A program made the position numbers and the translations under genes. The notes below the pieces were generated by a model. It worked only from the letters and a program-made list of their open reading frames with translations, had not been told where the DNA came from and did not search any database. This document shows, piece by piece, positions 46,906 to 60,009 of a stretch of DNA of 61,970 bases (its first letter is position 1; every line of letters begins with the position of its first letter). This DNA is from Balamuthia mandrillaris (taxonomy: Eukaryota), in contig JAVKOQ020000088.1 in NCBI GenBank assembly GCA_031835245.2, positions 124,001 through 185,970 on the forward strand, written 5' to 3'.

Positions 46906-47869
46906 ATGGCCTCCCGCAGAAATAAACAAAGCGCTACCATGGCAGAAGGAGGAAGCAGCACCGGCGGCGGTAGCAGCGCCCTTTCCTCCCCACGAAACAC
47001 CTACCATGACTCCCCCCTCTCCGCCACCGCGGGCAGCAGAATCATTCCCAGAGGGATGGTGACGAGGGCCATCATGGCCGAAGGAGGCACCGCCGACACG
47101 ATGAGCAAACTGCAACCCAAGAGCAATGCCATTGCCTCCCTTCGTGTCACCATCTACGACGTTCGCTTTCCTCAAAAAGGTTTTTCTTTCTTTCTCTCCT
47201 TTTTGATTTTCGATTAACTTTTTTCAAATATTAAAAAAAAAAGGCAACTCAGCTGGAAGGAAGAAGAAAGGGAGTGCCGGTCGTTCTCGTGGAACGCCAA
47301 AGAAAAACCTGCTCGCCGGCTTGGGCAGTGGTGGGGGAGGAGAAGAGCTACGAGCGCCAAGCTTTGCTTGCCGCGTGAAGTTGGGCCGTTTGCGTGTGCT
47401 GCCGAGACAGACGCTCATCCCGGCGGCCCCTTTTCCTACTTGCGTTGGCTCTCATGTCAACTTGTAAGCCTGCTGTCTTCTTCCTTCTTTGTGTCTTCTT
47501 TGCTTTCTTCTTTCTTCTTTCTTGCTTCTTGCTTCTTGCTTCTTGCTTCTTGCTTCTTGCTTCTTGCTTCTTGCTTCTTTCTTCTTTCTTCTTTCTTACT
47601 TTCTTACTTATACATAATCTCAATAGTGCGGTGAAAAGTCTAAAGAGCTACGTCGAGGTGGACGTCTTGGACGCCACAACCTACAAAGCATGCGGCAACA
47701 TTCGGGTGCCGCTTACCGACATACCCTTTGTGCACGACAGCATTCCGTTCGGCGCCATGAAGTACTATCCGTGGACCCCTCGTCCTGAAATGGATTTGAT
47801 AGCCGGTGAACTCAGAATCGGCTTTAAACTCGTCAAAGAACGTTATGCTGTTACTAAAAAGGTTTGTCC

Positions 47870-47910
<41 letters not shown>

Positions 47911-50900
47911 CGCATCGCATGCAGTACTCTGGTTTTCTCTTCTATGTTTCGTTATTATCTTTTCTTCTTAACTCATCGCTTATCTTTCTGTTCTATGGTT
48001 TGTCTCTGTTATTTATCAATAGGGTGAATGGAAAGACAAAACAGCGGGAGGCAGTTTGGACTATCCAACATGGACCAACAACACACAATACTTTTTGGCC
48101 GTTTCAGTACCAAGCGTGTTGACTATCAACCTACAGAGCGAGGTTGGCTCCAAAGACGTTATTGGATTTTATGTAATTAAAGTTGCAGGTATCTATCCAT
48201 CTATTAGTTTTGATTTGTTCTCGTTGCCTGTTTATTTCATTATCATTTTTTTTTGCTTTAGTATTTACTTTCTTGTTTGTCCAAAAAACAAAAAAAAAAA
48301 AACAAACAAACAAACAAACAAAAACAAGAAATAAACGAATTGGGAGTAAAGCGAAAAGCAAAAGAAGAGGACATCATCAAAACAGGAGAACACCGCAAAT
48401 GGCTGACGAAGAACACGGATCGCCTCCAAATAGATATCCACATGCAAGCTGGTTGCTTTGTTGTTATTCCATGTACTAAATATCCTAATATTGGTACTCT
48501 CTCTCTCTCTCTCTCTCTCTCTTTTCCCTTTGCTTTGTCTTACGATGGTATGTAGAGGGAGAATATTCGCTTTGGATAGAAGGAGACTATGACGCTGGTA
48601 TTAAAGTTGACACGTTTGATGTATGTCCTTTGACTTCTTCTTTAACTCTGTTCGTTAAAATGCCGTTCTCACATAGTTTTTAATTAAAAATAAAGGAGAC
48701 AACCGAGAGAGAAGAAGAAAAGTCGTCTGGCTGGCTCTCTGATAGCGACGACGAGTTTAGCGATTCCTCTTCCACAACGACCGGCGAACATCGTCTCGCT
48801 CGTCCTTCTTCCGCTAAAACGGATTCCTCCTATGACGCCTCCAAAAGCAACGCCTCTCCCTCATCTGCACCGAAAGAACTCCTCAAATTCCAACTGCTCA
48901 ACAAACAAAAACAACAATCCAATTTACTTCGAGCCGCCTCTATAGGCAATATAGGCGCTCTCAAAAAATCTATCGCCAAAGGTGGCGAGGTCAACCTCAG
49001 AGACAAAGACGGCATCTCTGCTCTGACCTTTGCCGCCATGAACGGTCACTACGAATGCGTCAACCTCTTGTTGGCCAAAGGAGCCGACATGAACTCGATG
49101 GACAGCGAGGGCTATAACTCCGTTATGAGGGCCGCTATAGGAGGACATGCCACCACGCTGAAGCTACTGTTGGAAAACGGAGGAGACATCAGGGCTAGAG
49201 ATCCCAAAGGCTTTACGCCGTTCATCTATGCAGCGGAAAGCGGCTCATTAGAGTGTGTAAACGTGTTATTGGAGCATGGTGCGAATGTGAATGAGTCAGC
49301 ATATAACCGACAAACCGCCTTGATGAAAGCTTGTCTTCGAGGTTTGGTTCTCTTCTCTCCTCTCCTCTCCTCTCCTCTCCTCTCCTCTCCTCTCCTCTCC
49401 TCTCCTCTCCTCTCCTCTCCTCTCTCTCCTCTCCTCTCCTCTCCTCTCTCTCTCTCCTCTTCTCCTCCCTCTCCTCTCCTCTCCTCTCCTCTCCTCTCCT
49501 CTCCTCTCTTCTCTTCTCTTTCTGTCTCTCTCTCTCTCTCTCTCTCTCCTTCTAGTTTGTGTGTCCTGACTTTTTCTGAGCTTCTTCCGCCCAATTCTAA
49601 AACAAAAATATTTTATTAAAATAATATAGGACATTCGGAAATCGTAAAACGTCTTCTGCGCAAAGGAGCCAAAGTGGCCTTCAAAGATACGACAGGACAA
49701 ACGGCAGTGCACTACGCCTGCTCCGCTGGGTCCTCTGAGTGCCTAAAGCTCCTATGGAGCGCCGGAGCCAACGTCGACGTCAAGGATAGCAACGGTGAGA
49801 CGGCTCTCTACAAAGCGGCCATCAAAGGGCATTTGGACGTGCTTCGTTTGCTCATCGAGAAGGGAGAGAAGGGAAGCAGCACTTCTTCGGAAGGTTCGAG
49901 CTCGCCTTTGAGCTTTACTCCGCAAAGAGCTCTTTTGAGAAATTGGGAGACGGTGACGCTGTTGTTGTCTCATGATCATGCGAGCAACGATGGCGACTTG
50001 GGAGATGCTATCGACTCCGTTGAGCAACTACATTACCAACAGGAAGGAAACAACTTGAGTATCAGTACGAGTGGAAATAGTGGAAGAAAGAATTCGTTAT
50101 CGCTAAGCAACAGCAGTTTGAACGGAGGAGAGGAGGGAGGATCAGACATCATTGCACAACAGCAACATTTGACCCTCAGTGAGAAGCCTAAGAAACGAAC
50201 AATGGACGTGTTGATCATCATCACGAAACATGGGGAGCAACATTCGGCTTTTCAGCTGGTGTCTATCGATGGTTGCGTTCAAGGTTTCAATCTCTTTCTG
50301 GAAGGCAACAACGAAGTTCTTTCCAACAACACGTCTTCGTCTTCGTATCAAACAGGAAGTAAGAAGGATTTAAGTCAGATGATGGATTCGCAAAAGAAGA
50401 AGGCGTTCAAGAAAGAGAAGAAAGCAAAGAAAGCGACGTTGATGGGAAGGAAGAGCAAGTCTCCAAAAGAATCTTCTCCTATCTCTCAGTTCACGTTTGC
50501 TGTTCCCTCTTCACCAGCTTCCATGATATCTGCTTCTGCTTTGTCTTCTCCATCTGCCTCAGCTTCCTCTACTGCTTCCTCCTCATCCACTTCTCCTTCC
50601 ATTCCCTCTATTCTTTCCACTCTCTCCGAAGTTACTTCCAGTCCTTCCTTCCATCATCACCTTCATCACCTCACAACAGAGAAAAAAGACAAAAACAACA
50701 ATAATAACAAGAACGACGCTCTTGTTAACTTAGTGGCAAAAGGGCAACTGGAAATCCTCTGTTTGTTGATTGAACGCGGAGACATTGTCACAAACTATTT
50801 GGAGAGCGGCACACAAATGGCTCTCTTCTACGACATCATCGGACAAGACGAGTTTGAGAACCTGTTCTTACGAATCGCTCACGTCCTCTCTGCCACTTCA

Positions 50901-51665
50901 GAAAAGTCATCTTTGTCTTTGACAAATAGCCCCTCTGCCTCGCCAACAACCGCTCTTTTGGCCGCTGCCCATCGCAAAAACGTTAGCTCCTCAAAGGCCG
51001 AAGATAAGAAAACAACCAAGACAGCATCAAAGAGTGAAGAGACGAAATCATCATCTTCTACCAACAAAACTCCGAAATCACCTTCAAAGGGCATAAGCGG
51101 AACCAAAAGCAACAAAAGTGCAAAAACAACCAGCAGCAACACAAAAAACAAAAGCAGTCATCATCACAACAAAGACCTCAAAGAACCAAGAAAGAGAAAG
51201 AAAAGCAGAGCATCCTCGCCAAAAACAACCGAAGAAGAAAATGCTTCTTCCTCTTCCTCCTCTCATCCATTACATCATCCACTCTTTATGTCAGTCTCAT
51301 CGACTGGATTGGACTTGGCTGCATGTGCTCGCGACATTCGAAAGTTGCCCTTGGGTCTCTTGGTACCCTTTAACGGACCATTCTTGGCCACTCTTCACTC
51401 AGTGGATCTTGTTAACTTGAGTTTGGTCGATTGCTGTCGTACTTCTTCTTTTTCTTCTTCCTCTTCTTCCTCTTCATCACCAACAACATCACAACAAGGA
51501 GAAAGAAAATATTCTTTGACAAATACGCTTCCAGAACAACAAGAGAAAGATGGAAAAGCAGACAAGGACAAAGAGAAAGGGGTTCAGTCCTTCACGTCCA
51601 CTGCGACGCTCAACGTGATCAGCGTCATCACCAACACTCGTCACAGTCTTAAAACTTTGTTGTAA
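46906..51665 (+). CDS. C2-like + calpain domain-III-like + ankyrin-repeat protein with long S/K-rich tail, multi-exon (3' end uncertain, possibly to ~52023)
   Basis: GEWKDKTAGG..TWTNNTQYFL and FVVIPCT..EGEYSL (calpain III); ankyrin repeats GHYECVNLLLAKGAD, GFTPFIYAAESG, GETALYKAAIKGH. Confidence 0.75.
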
Positions 51666-51685
51666 AATCATTATTGCTGCTAGAT

Positions 51686-51721
<36 letters not shown>

Positions 51722-52363
51722 TCCTGGGCTCTCTTCAACAAAACCATTTTATTATGTACATGAAACGGTCAAGCGTTTGACTTAGTACGCGGCACTGCAC
51801 ACCCAGAGGGTTGGGGATACGAAACGTGTCCAAACATATCGATCCGGTCGCTCAGGGTGTTGGTGATTCTATAAGCAAGAAGCTGATGAGCTACCTGTTT
51901 GTCAAAAGGTTCGTGGAGCGAAAAAGGATCGGTCAAATTTTTACTATTTACACTACAGCTATGACCTACAATGCCCCGCCCCAAAAGAAGGACGCACGTC
52001 CGCTACGGGGGCGGCGCCGCTGAGCAGCAAGCATGCTGCTAATATTAATAATAAAAATACATCTGCGGGATAGTGTTTTGTTGGATAAATGCAGCATAAA
52101 TAGATTCTTGGATTACCATCTGTACAACGGAAGGACAGGACTAGGGACAAGTGCGGGTTACAACAATAACTAATTACAGATGAGTGAGGGTTAAAACACC
52201 AATTAAGAAGTGCTGTTAAAGCAAGACAGCCAGCGCCCTGCCGAACAAGGCGGAGACTCCACCGACACCGCCCAGAGCAGTGGGGACGCGGTTGCAACAA
52301 TACGAGCTAACTGTAGGCCAATGTTTTGTCAAGTTTTTTTTGAAGAGAGTGTTGGCATTACAT

Positions 52364-53741
52364 TTAAATGTTTGAAGGAGGAACAGTTGTTTGGTAGATG
52401 ATCCTTAGCCTGCCATCTGTCACATGTCCAATCTCTTGCCCAGCTAGGTTTACAAGAGTGGCACTGGGGTGAGCAAAAGACAATCTGTAGAATGAGTCCT
52501 GTAACACGATTTTACTCAGGTAATGTTCTCAAATGAAAAAAATCAGCAAACATACCTTAAGCAATCCCCAGCCAAATACGATGTGGCTGTCTTTGTACCA
52601 TGACTGTTGGTCCGTCAGAATGAAAATATCACTTTGCTGAACTGTGATAGAGAACGAATTAAACGCTGAGTCCTTGTGAATTTCAGCGGGTTCAAGAGTC
52701 ATAGTAAACTGGGAAGTAGATAGAGGAACCGCCGCTCCAAAGGAGTCAGCCCACACGTCTAAACAACTGTGGTTAGCAATCGCATTCACACAAACAAGCA
52801 ACACACAATAGAATAGTACCTTGCTCGCTGTACATGTGAGAGGACAAACCGGTATCAATCAGCACGTTGAAGACGTCAGATGCAACGGTATGTTCATCAT
52901 GAGTAATATAACCTGTGGTTGTAATCCCAGAACCAGCAATTTTGATTCTGGCACCAAACATCCAGTATGGACCGTTTACTCCGAGCATGATGAGAGGGTT
53001 ATCGAATGTGTGTACGTGTCCACAACCCGCATCAATCAAAAAGGTGTTGTCAGCTGGGTTTTCGTGGTGGTCAGGTATCACTGGAAGGTTATACGCAAGG
53101 TTGACTTTGCCTGTGCCATCAAGGAGGGTGGCAATTTTTGGGGTGTAGGAGTAAAAGAGGGAATAGCGAGGACACCTTCCTTGGTGTGCAGCATTCGGAG
53201 AGTTGGCACATTCAAAGTAAGGCTGGGAGCTTTTAGCAACAAAACCGCCAGTGGTGGAACCTAAATAATACTTCCAGCCTTCAGCAGAAAACCTTGGTAT
53301 TTGGTTTACAGCCTGTGAGTTTATGAAAGTTGATGTCCATGGTTGATCAGGGATACTGTCAAAGATTGACTGCCACTTATCAATGGCATTTGCAGCCCCA
53401 GTGTTGCCAATAAGGTCAATAAATCCACGTCTGGTTTCAGGTACAAGAGGGTAACCTTCTACAGAGGGATCATCTATCACACGGTATCCACCAGCAAGCA
53501 CAAAGGCACCATAGGAGCCTGTGTCAAGTATATTGCGAATGGCCCACCAGTCAAGAGTAAACTGGTTTCTTCTTACAAATTCAATAGTTGGGTGAACTGC
53601 ATCTCCAAAAGTATCTTCTAGGATAGGACTTTCATAGTTGATAAACAATGTATTTTGCCATACCATGTCAGAATAATTCTGACCAAATACTACAATACAA
53701 AAAGTAGCAAGCAAAATACACACACAAGAGGAACGTATCAT
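52364..53741 (-). CDS. A2: pepsin-like aspartic protease paralog with an in-frame internal deletion (lacks the AIWGLAP segment)
   Basis: Nearly identical to A1 with the same two introns; ~54 aa of A1 replaced by DHHENPA. Confidence 0.75.
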
Positions 53742-53970
53742 TTTTTACCCTTTCATAAATTTGAAGAAACCATTGTAAATATATTGTTTATATTTCAATA
53801 CCCACCAACTTTCTTTCCTAATTTAGAACTATTTAACATTACTTAAATAAGTAATATGACTGTTAGGTCCAAAAATGGTAAAATATGAGCACCAACTGGG
53901 TGAAGGAGCATAAAAACTTGAAAGAATAAAAATGCAACACTTTTCTTCCAAATTAAACATAATCAACAAA
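53742..53970. promoter_or_regulatory. Bidirectional A2/B2 promoter
   Basis: 229-bp head-to-head gap; palindrome ATTACTTA-AA-TAAGTAAT (53838-53855); TATA-like GCATAAAAAC in segment 53866-53959. Confidence 0.65.
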
Positions 53971-55095
53971 ATGTTGAAGCTTGTGTTTTCTTTGCTTCTT
54001 CTTACCTCTATAGTTGTTGCTCAGAAATGTATTTCAGACACTGGGTTAACTGTGGACTCCACCGTTGACAATTTCCGTTGCTCCCAAAGCATGATACCAT
54101 GCACATATGACCTCACTAACTCACTTAAATGTGTGAATCACCGCGCAGGCTGTAATCAAATGTTATCCACAGACCCAAGTATCACAACTAACTTAAGGAA
54201 TGCTATGTGTCCTGGTGTACATCCTATGGCAAAGGGCATTTCAGCTGAGTGGGCTGCTCAACAAGGCATATCAACCTCTTATTGGTTGTGGTATTCCCAT
54301 GAGCGTGACCTGGCTAAGAGACTTCCTTGGCAATATTCTGACCTGTCAGCTACAGGTGTTGATCTTCCCAGGCCCTTAAAACCAAAATTCTTGACTGCAG
54401 CAAACGAATTAGTAATGGACTGCAAAATGTGGACAGCTCACTATGGCCTTGATGTCAACTCCTGGTGCTCCATGATTACCCCTCCAGATCTTACCAACTA
54501 TCCTCATCTTGCCATTTATGCTACATTTGCTGGTGGTATCAAAACTTCTGCTCAGTATATATGGTCATCACCTGCAACTGGAAATTGGCATTCTAATCCT
54601 GCTTTGGAATGTAATCCAAATGATATTAGTGAAGAGTCCAGCTATTGTATTTGGTATGATGGCACAAACATTGGAAATCCTGGATCTTGGTCAAAACCTG
54701 TAACAGACTTGAGTTTTGTTAAATATGACGATACAACACTCTTTCCAAGTGAAGACAGAGTTTGGGGAGGTTATGCCTGTGATCTTAGCGACCTTTCCAT
54801 TTATCTAGCAGATGACTATACCTGTTCCTGGCAATTCACTGGTGCTGCTGTTTCCAACTGCCGTGACCCTGCAACTAACAAAGTTGTTTCAAGTAAATGT
54901 ACCCGTACACCTGACTGCAGTGGAGCATGGTTGACTTGCTCCAATGCTGAGACCAGACAATCAGCCTACAGAGATGATGACTTTGAAGACAGGCAGGTTA
55001 AGGTCATTGCAAATACAGGTACTACTGCAGGAGTTTACTTGAGGGATGAACAAACAAGCACTTCCCTCAGAACCATGTGTGTTTTCACAACATAA
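53971..55095 (+). CDS. B2: secreted Cys/Trp-rich protein of unknown function
   Basis: Signal peptide MLKLVFSLLLLTSIVVA; conserved CVNHRAGC, MCPGVHPMAK, YWLWYSH, WGGYACDLSDL, RQSAYRDDDFED; intronless. Confidence 0.85.
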   Translation: MLKLVFSLLLLTSIVVAQKCISDTGLTVDSTVDNFRCSQSMIPCTYDLTNSLKCVNHRAGCNQMLSTDPSITTNLRNAMCPGVHPMAKGISAEWAAQQGISTSYWLWYSHERDLAKRLPWQYSDLSATGVDLPRPLKPKFLTAANELVMDCKMWTAHYGLDVNSWCSMITPPDLTNYPHLAIYATFAGGIKTSAQYIWSSPATGNWHSNPALECNPNDISEESSYCIWYDGTNIGNPGSWSKPVTDLSFVKYDDTTLFPSEDRVWGGYACDLSDLSIYLADDYTCSWQFTGAAVSNCRDPATNKVVSSKCTRTPDCSGAWLTCSNAETRQSAYRDDDFEDRQVKVIANTGTTAGVYLRDEQTSTSLRTMCVFTT

Positions 55096-55730
55096 ACACG
55101 TCACATTGCAAAAGTTCTATATCCCTTCTTTTTGAACTTGAAGTTCGTTATACCACTCTCCTATAATACCTATCCCTATCTCTCCTTGAATATATATCTC
55201 TTCCTATTATTCTATTAAAGGTCTTTTTCCTATGCCCATCGAGTAGGTGTCTGTTAGGTTGTTTCCCTACTGGCCTTATCACAAGTTTATTGATAAAATT
55301 CAAATTCCTATATGCTTTGTAGTAGTAGTACCTTTTGTATTACACTTTTCTTTTTTATTTTACTCCTTGTCACATCACTGTATATCTATAATAAACCTCT
55401 TTTCATTTAAGGTGATGATTTTTGTAGTATAAGATTTGGTTATATACACCTATGAAAGGCCAGTTGGAAAACAGATAGTGTCACAATACAGGCTTGCATC
55501 ATATTTATGGCTTCAAAGTTAGGTAGTTTTCTTGGCTTGTGTAGTATTAGCTAGCATTGGAAAGGAAATTGCAAAGAATCCAAACAGAAAAATATCGATA
55601 TATGTAGACAATAATTACAATGGGCTCGAGCGACTTTTTTTCGTCCCCTGATTTTTTTGTCGACATTCTCACACAGACAGAGAGAAAACCAGCGGGAGAC
55701 ACAAAAACGACAAGAAAATAAAGGAATGGA

Positions 55731-56405
55731 TTATTTTTGAAGAAAAGAGGACAAAGCAACTTCTCCTGGATGGTTTGGATCTTTGAGTGTGCCTTGGATA
55801 CGCCCAACAAAAGTCAGCAAAGCTGCTAAATGTGCACAATTACCACTGCTCTCACCATTCTTGCAAAGACAGAAGCACCACATTCGTTGCCGTAGTTCCC
55901 TCCAAGAAATGGTTGTCTGTGGTGAAGCAAGTCGAATCAAGATGAAGGAGTGGTACTTTTTTGAAGCTGACATGCTTGGTCGGCATCGGTTGAGAAGAGC
56001 ATGGCCATCGCTGATAATGAAACGAATGTTGGACTCAGCGAAGTCACAGCCATCGGCGAACTTTCCAGAACGATTCACTGATGACGAATTAACCTCCTCT
56101 TGCTTTGGTCGGGCGACTGTAGGAGTTGCAAATAGTAGTAATAAAAGTTTATTTGCTCTGAGAGGGAGTTGCAAATAGATAGCAAAGAAGCTTGTGAGTA
56201 AGTGCTGGACAAATAGAAAAAGCAGCCTCATGTGTAAGAGAGCTCCAGCAAGATGATTGCTCTCCCAACACTTGCATTCGCTTTCGAGCTGTAAGAGGAA
56301 CAACAAATATGGGCCATGTTGAAGCAACAGATGAAATGTGGTTTTTGAATTTGATAAAAAAGCAGTTAATATATTGTTGAAAAAGAGAGCGAGAGAGCAA
56401 GAGCG

Positions 56406-56439
<34 letters not shown>

Positions 56440-56760
56440 GAAAGAAAAAAAAAAGAAAAGCAGTACTGCAATAAGAGGCAGGTTAACGTTGCATCAAAGC
56501 AAGCTAGCTTCATCAGGAGAGGTCACATCGATCAAACGAAGTTTTTGATGAATTATGTTATTAGTTAGGGACGGTTTGTCTTTGGAGGAATGGTGATGCT
56601 GAGGTTTGTTGCAAGTGTCATTAGGTGAGGTTTTCGAATGTCTGATGTTTTGGTGATGGTTGTCCTGTCCGATGTTGTAAAGCTGCAACAAGCCGACGAC
56701 CTTGTTCCACAGCAAGCGCTTTTGCAGAGGGTTGACGTGGAAGAGAAGAAGGATCATTGG
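55731..56760 (-). mobile_element. Remnant encoding a SWIM zinc finger (DNA-transposon accessory protein-like)
   Basis: CFCLCKNGESSGNCAHLAALL (CxC..CxH); near repeats ending GTTGGTTTTCCAACA. Confidence 0.45.
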
Positions 56761-57012
56761 AAGACGTGCTAAGTGCTTGGTGTTGATGCCGGGATCGGAT
56801 GGAATTGAGAATATAAGCTTAAAAGAGAGAAGCAGAATGGTCTTAAGAAGACGAAGTCTGGAGATAAAGGTTTTGGTTTCACCTTCCTTGCTTTTCTTCT
56901 TGTTCTTGTTCTTGTTCTTGTTCTTGTTCTTGTTCTTGTTCTTGTTCTTTGTTCTTGTTCTTTGTTCTTCTTTGTTCTTTGTTCTTCTTCGTTCTTCTTC
57001 TTTCTCTGTGGA

Positions 57013-57580
57013 GGTATCGGGGAGAGTGTTGACAAGAAGTCATAATGGTTGGTTTTCCAACAGCTACCATTGATCTTTTATGTCAATACCAAGCCATTCC
57101 AAAGATCTTTCTCCTGCCTTCCCTGTAACTTTCCTAAGCCTAGATTTAAGAACAGAGAAACCAAGAAGTCACTTCACAACCCCTCCTCTTTCCTTCCTTG
57201 GTTGTCCTCTCAACTATAAATACCTTCCCTTTAACAATAACAGAACAAGAAAAAGTGACAACACTCTCATAAACACATTTGTTTTTCTACTCATTACATA
57301 CATTTGGCTCTCATCTTTCTCTTTATTCCTATCTTGGTTCTATGCTCAGGTTTTAACAGCATTATGTCTACATCAGGAGAAGTGTTGGTGGGAAATAACC
57401 CTGTGGATTAAGAAAGGGAGCGACTCAGGATTTATTCACAAGAAAAGGGGTGTGGACCAAAGTGTGAGCTTTGAATGTGTTGCAAGGAAAAGGAGAAAAA
57501 AAAAGGGTGAGAAAATTTGGAGGTATTAGGGAGAGTGTCGACAAGAAGTCAAAATGAAAGAAATGGTTGGTTTTCCAACA
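57013..57580 (+). repeat. Two direct copies (57013-57062, 57522-57580) of an element end GGTAT..GAGAGTGT(C/T)GACAAGAAGTC..GGTTGGTTTTCCAACA
   Basis: Direct reading. Confidence 0.65.
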
Positions 57581-58298
57581 GAAGCTTTCTTGAATAGGTT
57601 TATAGGTGGCAATCCCAAACAACACTTACAAAGGAGAAATAAGATTGGAGTGATTAATAGTTTACTCTTTAAAAACCTTGCCTCTTGTATACAGTTTTGC
57701 TTTTTAATATATTCTCTCCTTTTTCTCCTTGTAATAATTCAGTACCATTTTCTCAAATTTTTTTCAACTTTCATTTTCCTTTTCCTTTGTTATCCAACTC
57801 TTCTATAGTACCTTTTTCTAACTTTCCTTGTAAAAGTGTCCCAACCCAGCCTTGGGTTATGCCAATCCCTTTCTTTTGAAAGACCCACTTCATGTGTACA
57901 GTTTCTTTCTCTATTTTTGTTATTTTCTTCTTTTTCCCTGTTTTTTTTCCTCTTCTTTATGTAGCACAATACTAAAAGATTCCATTGATTGTATGGCTGA
58001 TGTCATCCTAGCAATCAGACCTGGATTGCACCGCATGACAAAAGGTTGAAAGAATAAAAATGGTGAAATAAAACAAGAAACACAAAGAATGAATAAAAAA
58101 GAATATAGAGATTATTAAAGTAAGAAAATATAATCAGAAAAGATATAGGTTCCTAACTATTGAGTAAAAAAGTTAAATCAGTTTTTAAACCAATTTATTT
58201 TTAAATTTTTTGTAAAAATAATAATTGTTTCAGAAATAATACTACTAGAAAAAAATCATAGTTTCTATCAATCTCTTATTAAAATCAACAAGAACAAA

Positions 58299-59792
58299 TT
58301 AGTGATAAATTATCCTGAGACTACCATCTGTTATATGTCCTATTTCATTGTAATTTGAATCAACTAAAGTTGCATAAGGATATGCAAATGACAATCTGTT
58401 AAAGGACTGCAAAATTGAAAACATAAGTATTTTAAATAAAAATCATAAAATAAAAGTATTACCTTAAGAACACCCCAGCCAAGTACAAGATCACTACCTT
58501 TATACCATAAAGTTGAATCCGTAAGAATAGAGATATCATGTTGTTTTATATTAAAAGAAAATGATGTCAAGTCTTTTGATGAGTCTTTATGAAGTATATA
58601 AGGTTTCATTATCATAGTGAGTGTTGTAACAGTATGTGAAATACTATAGCTAAATGAAGAATCCCATACATCTAAACAAAAGTTAGAACAAAATCAAAAA
58701 ATACATAATAAAAATATATATACCTTGATCAGTTAAAACAGATGCAGAAAAACCAGTATCAATTAAAACATTAAAAATATTAGTTTGAGAATCATGGTGT
58801 TTAACCTCACGAATTGTCATATCATATGCTATATCAATTAGTGTTGCAAACATCCAATAAGGACTCTGTTCTGCAATAATAATTAATGGATTATTTACCA
58901 AGTGTACATGTCCACAATTAGCATCAATTAAAAAACTATTGTTAGATGGAACATTGTGATTTAACTTAAATTCAAAAAATAAGCATTCATGGGCATTTTG
59001 TGAGTCATGATCCCAAATCCAATCTGTGGATGGATTAAAAGGCCAGTTTGAAGTAGCTTCTGGTTTTTCATTGTTTGAGGAAGCTGATGAACCAGGTGCT
59101 AAACCCCAAATTGCAGGAATAATAGGTACTTGATATTGATGATTTAATTTTCCAGTTCCATCAAGAAGGTTAGCAAGTTTGTTTGTATATGAATATAGAA
59201 TAGCATAACGGGGACATTTAGTTTCAGCAGAATCTGGGTAATTAGTACAATAAAAATGTGAAAGAGAACTTTTTGCAATAAATCCACCAGTAGTTGACCC
59301 TAGATAATATTGCCAACCAGTGTATTTGAATTTTGGAATATGTAAAAGATATTCATGGTTATGTTCATCAAAATAAGGATACCTAGAATGCTCAATTGTG
59401 TCAAAAATAGATTTCCAATTATTCAAATCTGATTGTAAATGTGTATCTTTAATTAGGTTTATTAACCCAGGTCTTGTTTCTTTGATTAAAGGATAATGTG
59501 GATGAGAAAGATCATCAATAAGATGATAGCCACCAGCAAGCATTAAAGCTCCATATGAGCCTGTATCAAGTATATTTCTAATTGCCCATAGTTGCTGAGT
59601 ATATGGATTGCGTTTAAAAAGGTCAATGGTAGGATGATAAGCTGCACCAAACTTATTTTCAGATATTAAACTCTCAAAACTAAGACTCAACTTTAACTTT
59701 TGTTGTTCATGAGTTGAGTTACATTGTTGAGAGGACACAACAATATTAAAGGTAATAATAACTATAAAGCTTATACAGATATAATGCAGCAT
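58299..59792 (-). CDS. A3: divergent pepsin-like aspartic protease, AT-rich paralog, two introns at the same positions as A1
   Basis: WAIRNILDTGSYG, YYLGSTTGGF, AIWGLAP, VLIDTGFS, LVLGWG; intron 1 ~58672-58723. Confidence 0.8.
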
Positions 59793-60009
59793 TTTATTTG
59801 CTAAATATAATAAAAAATATAACAACAAAGATTTTAATTTATTTAAATATTACTATCCTAATTGATATAACTTGTAAAAAAGGAAATGATTAATAAAGGG
59901 TATTACTTAAAAAGGAATACTTTGTTTAAAGGAATTCTACCACTATCTTTATTATACTTTAAATACAAACAAATAAAATAGTGAAATAGATACATAAAAA
60001 CAAAGTAAA

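Noticed and set aside
49340..49550. LLSSP / GEERR repeat protein
   Set aside because: Intronic (CTCTC)n microsatellite in the ankyrin gene
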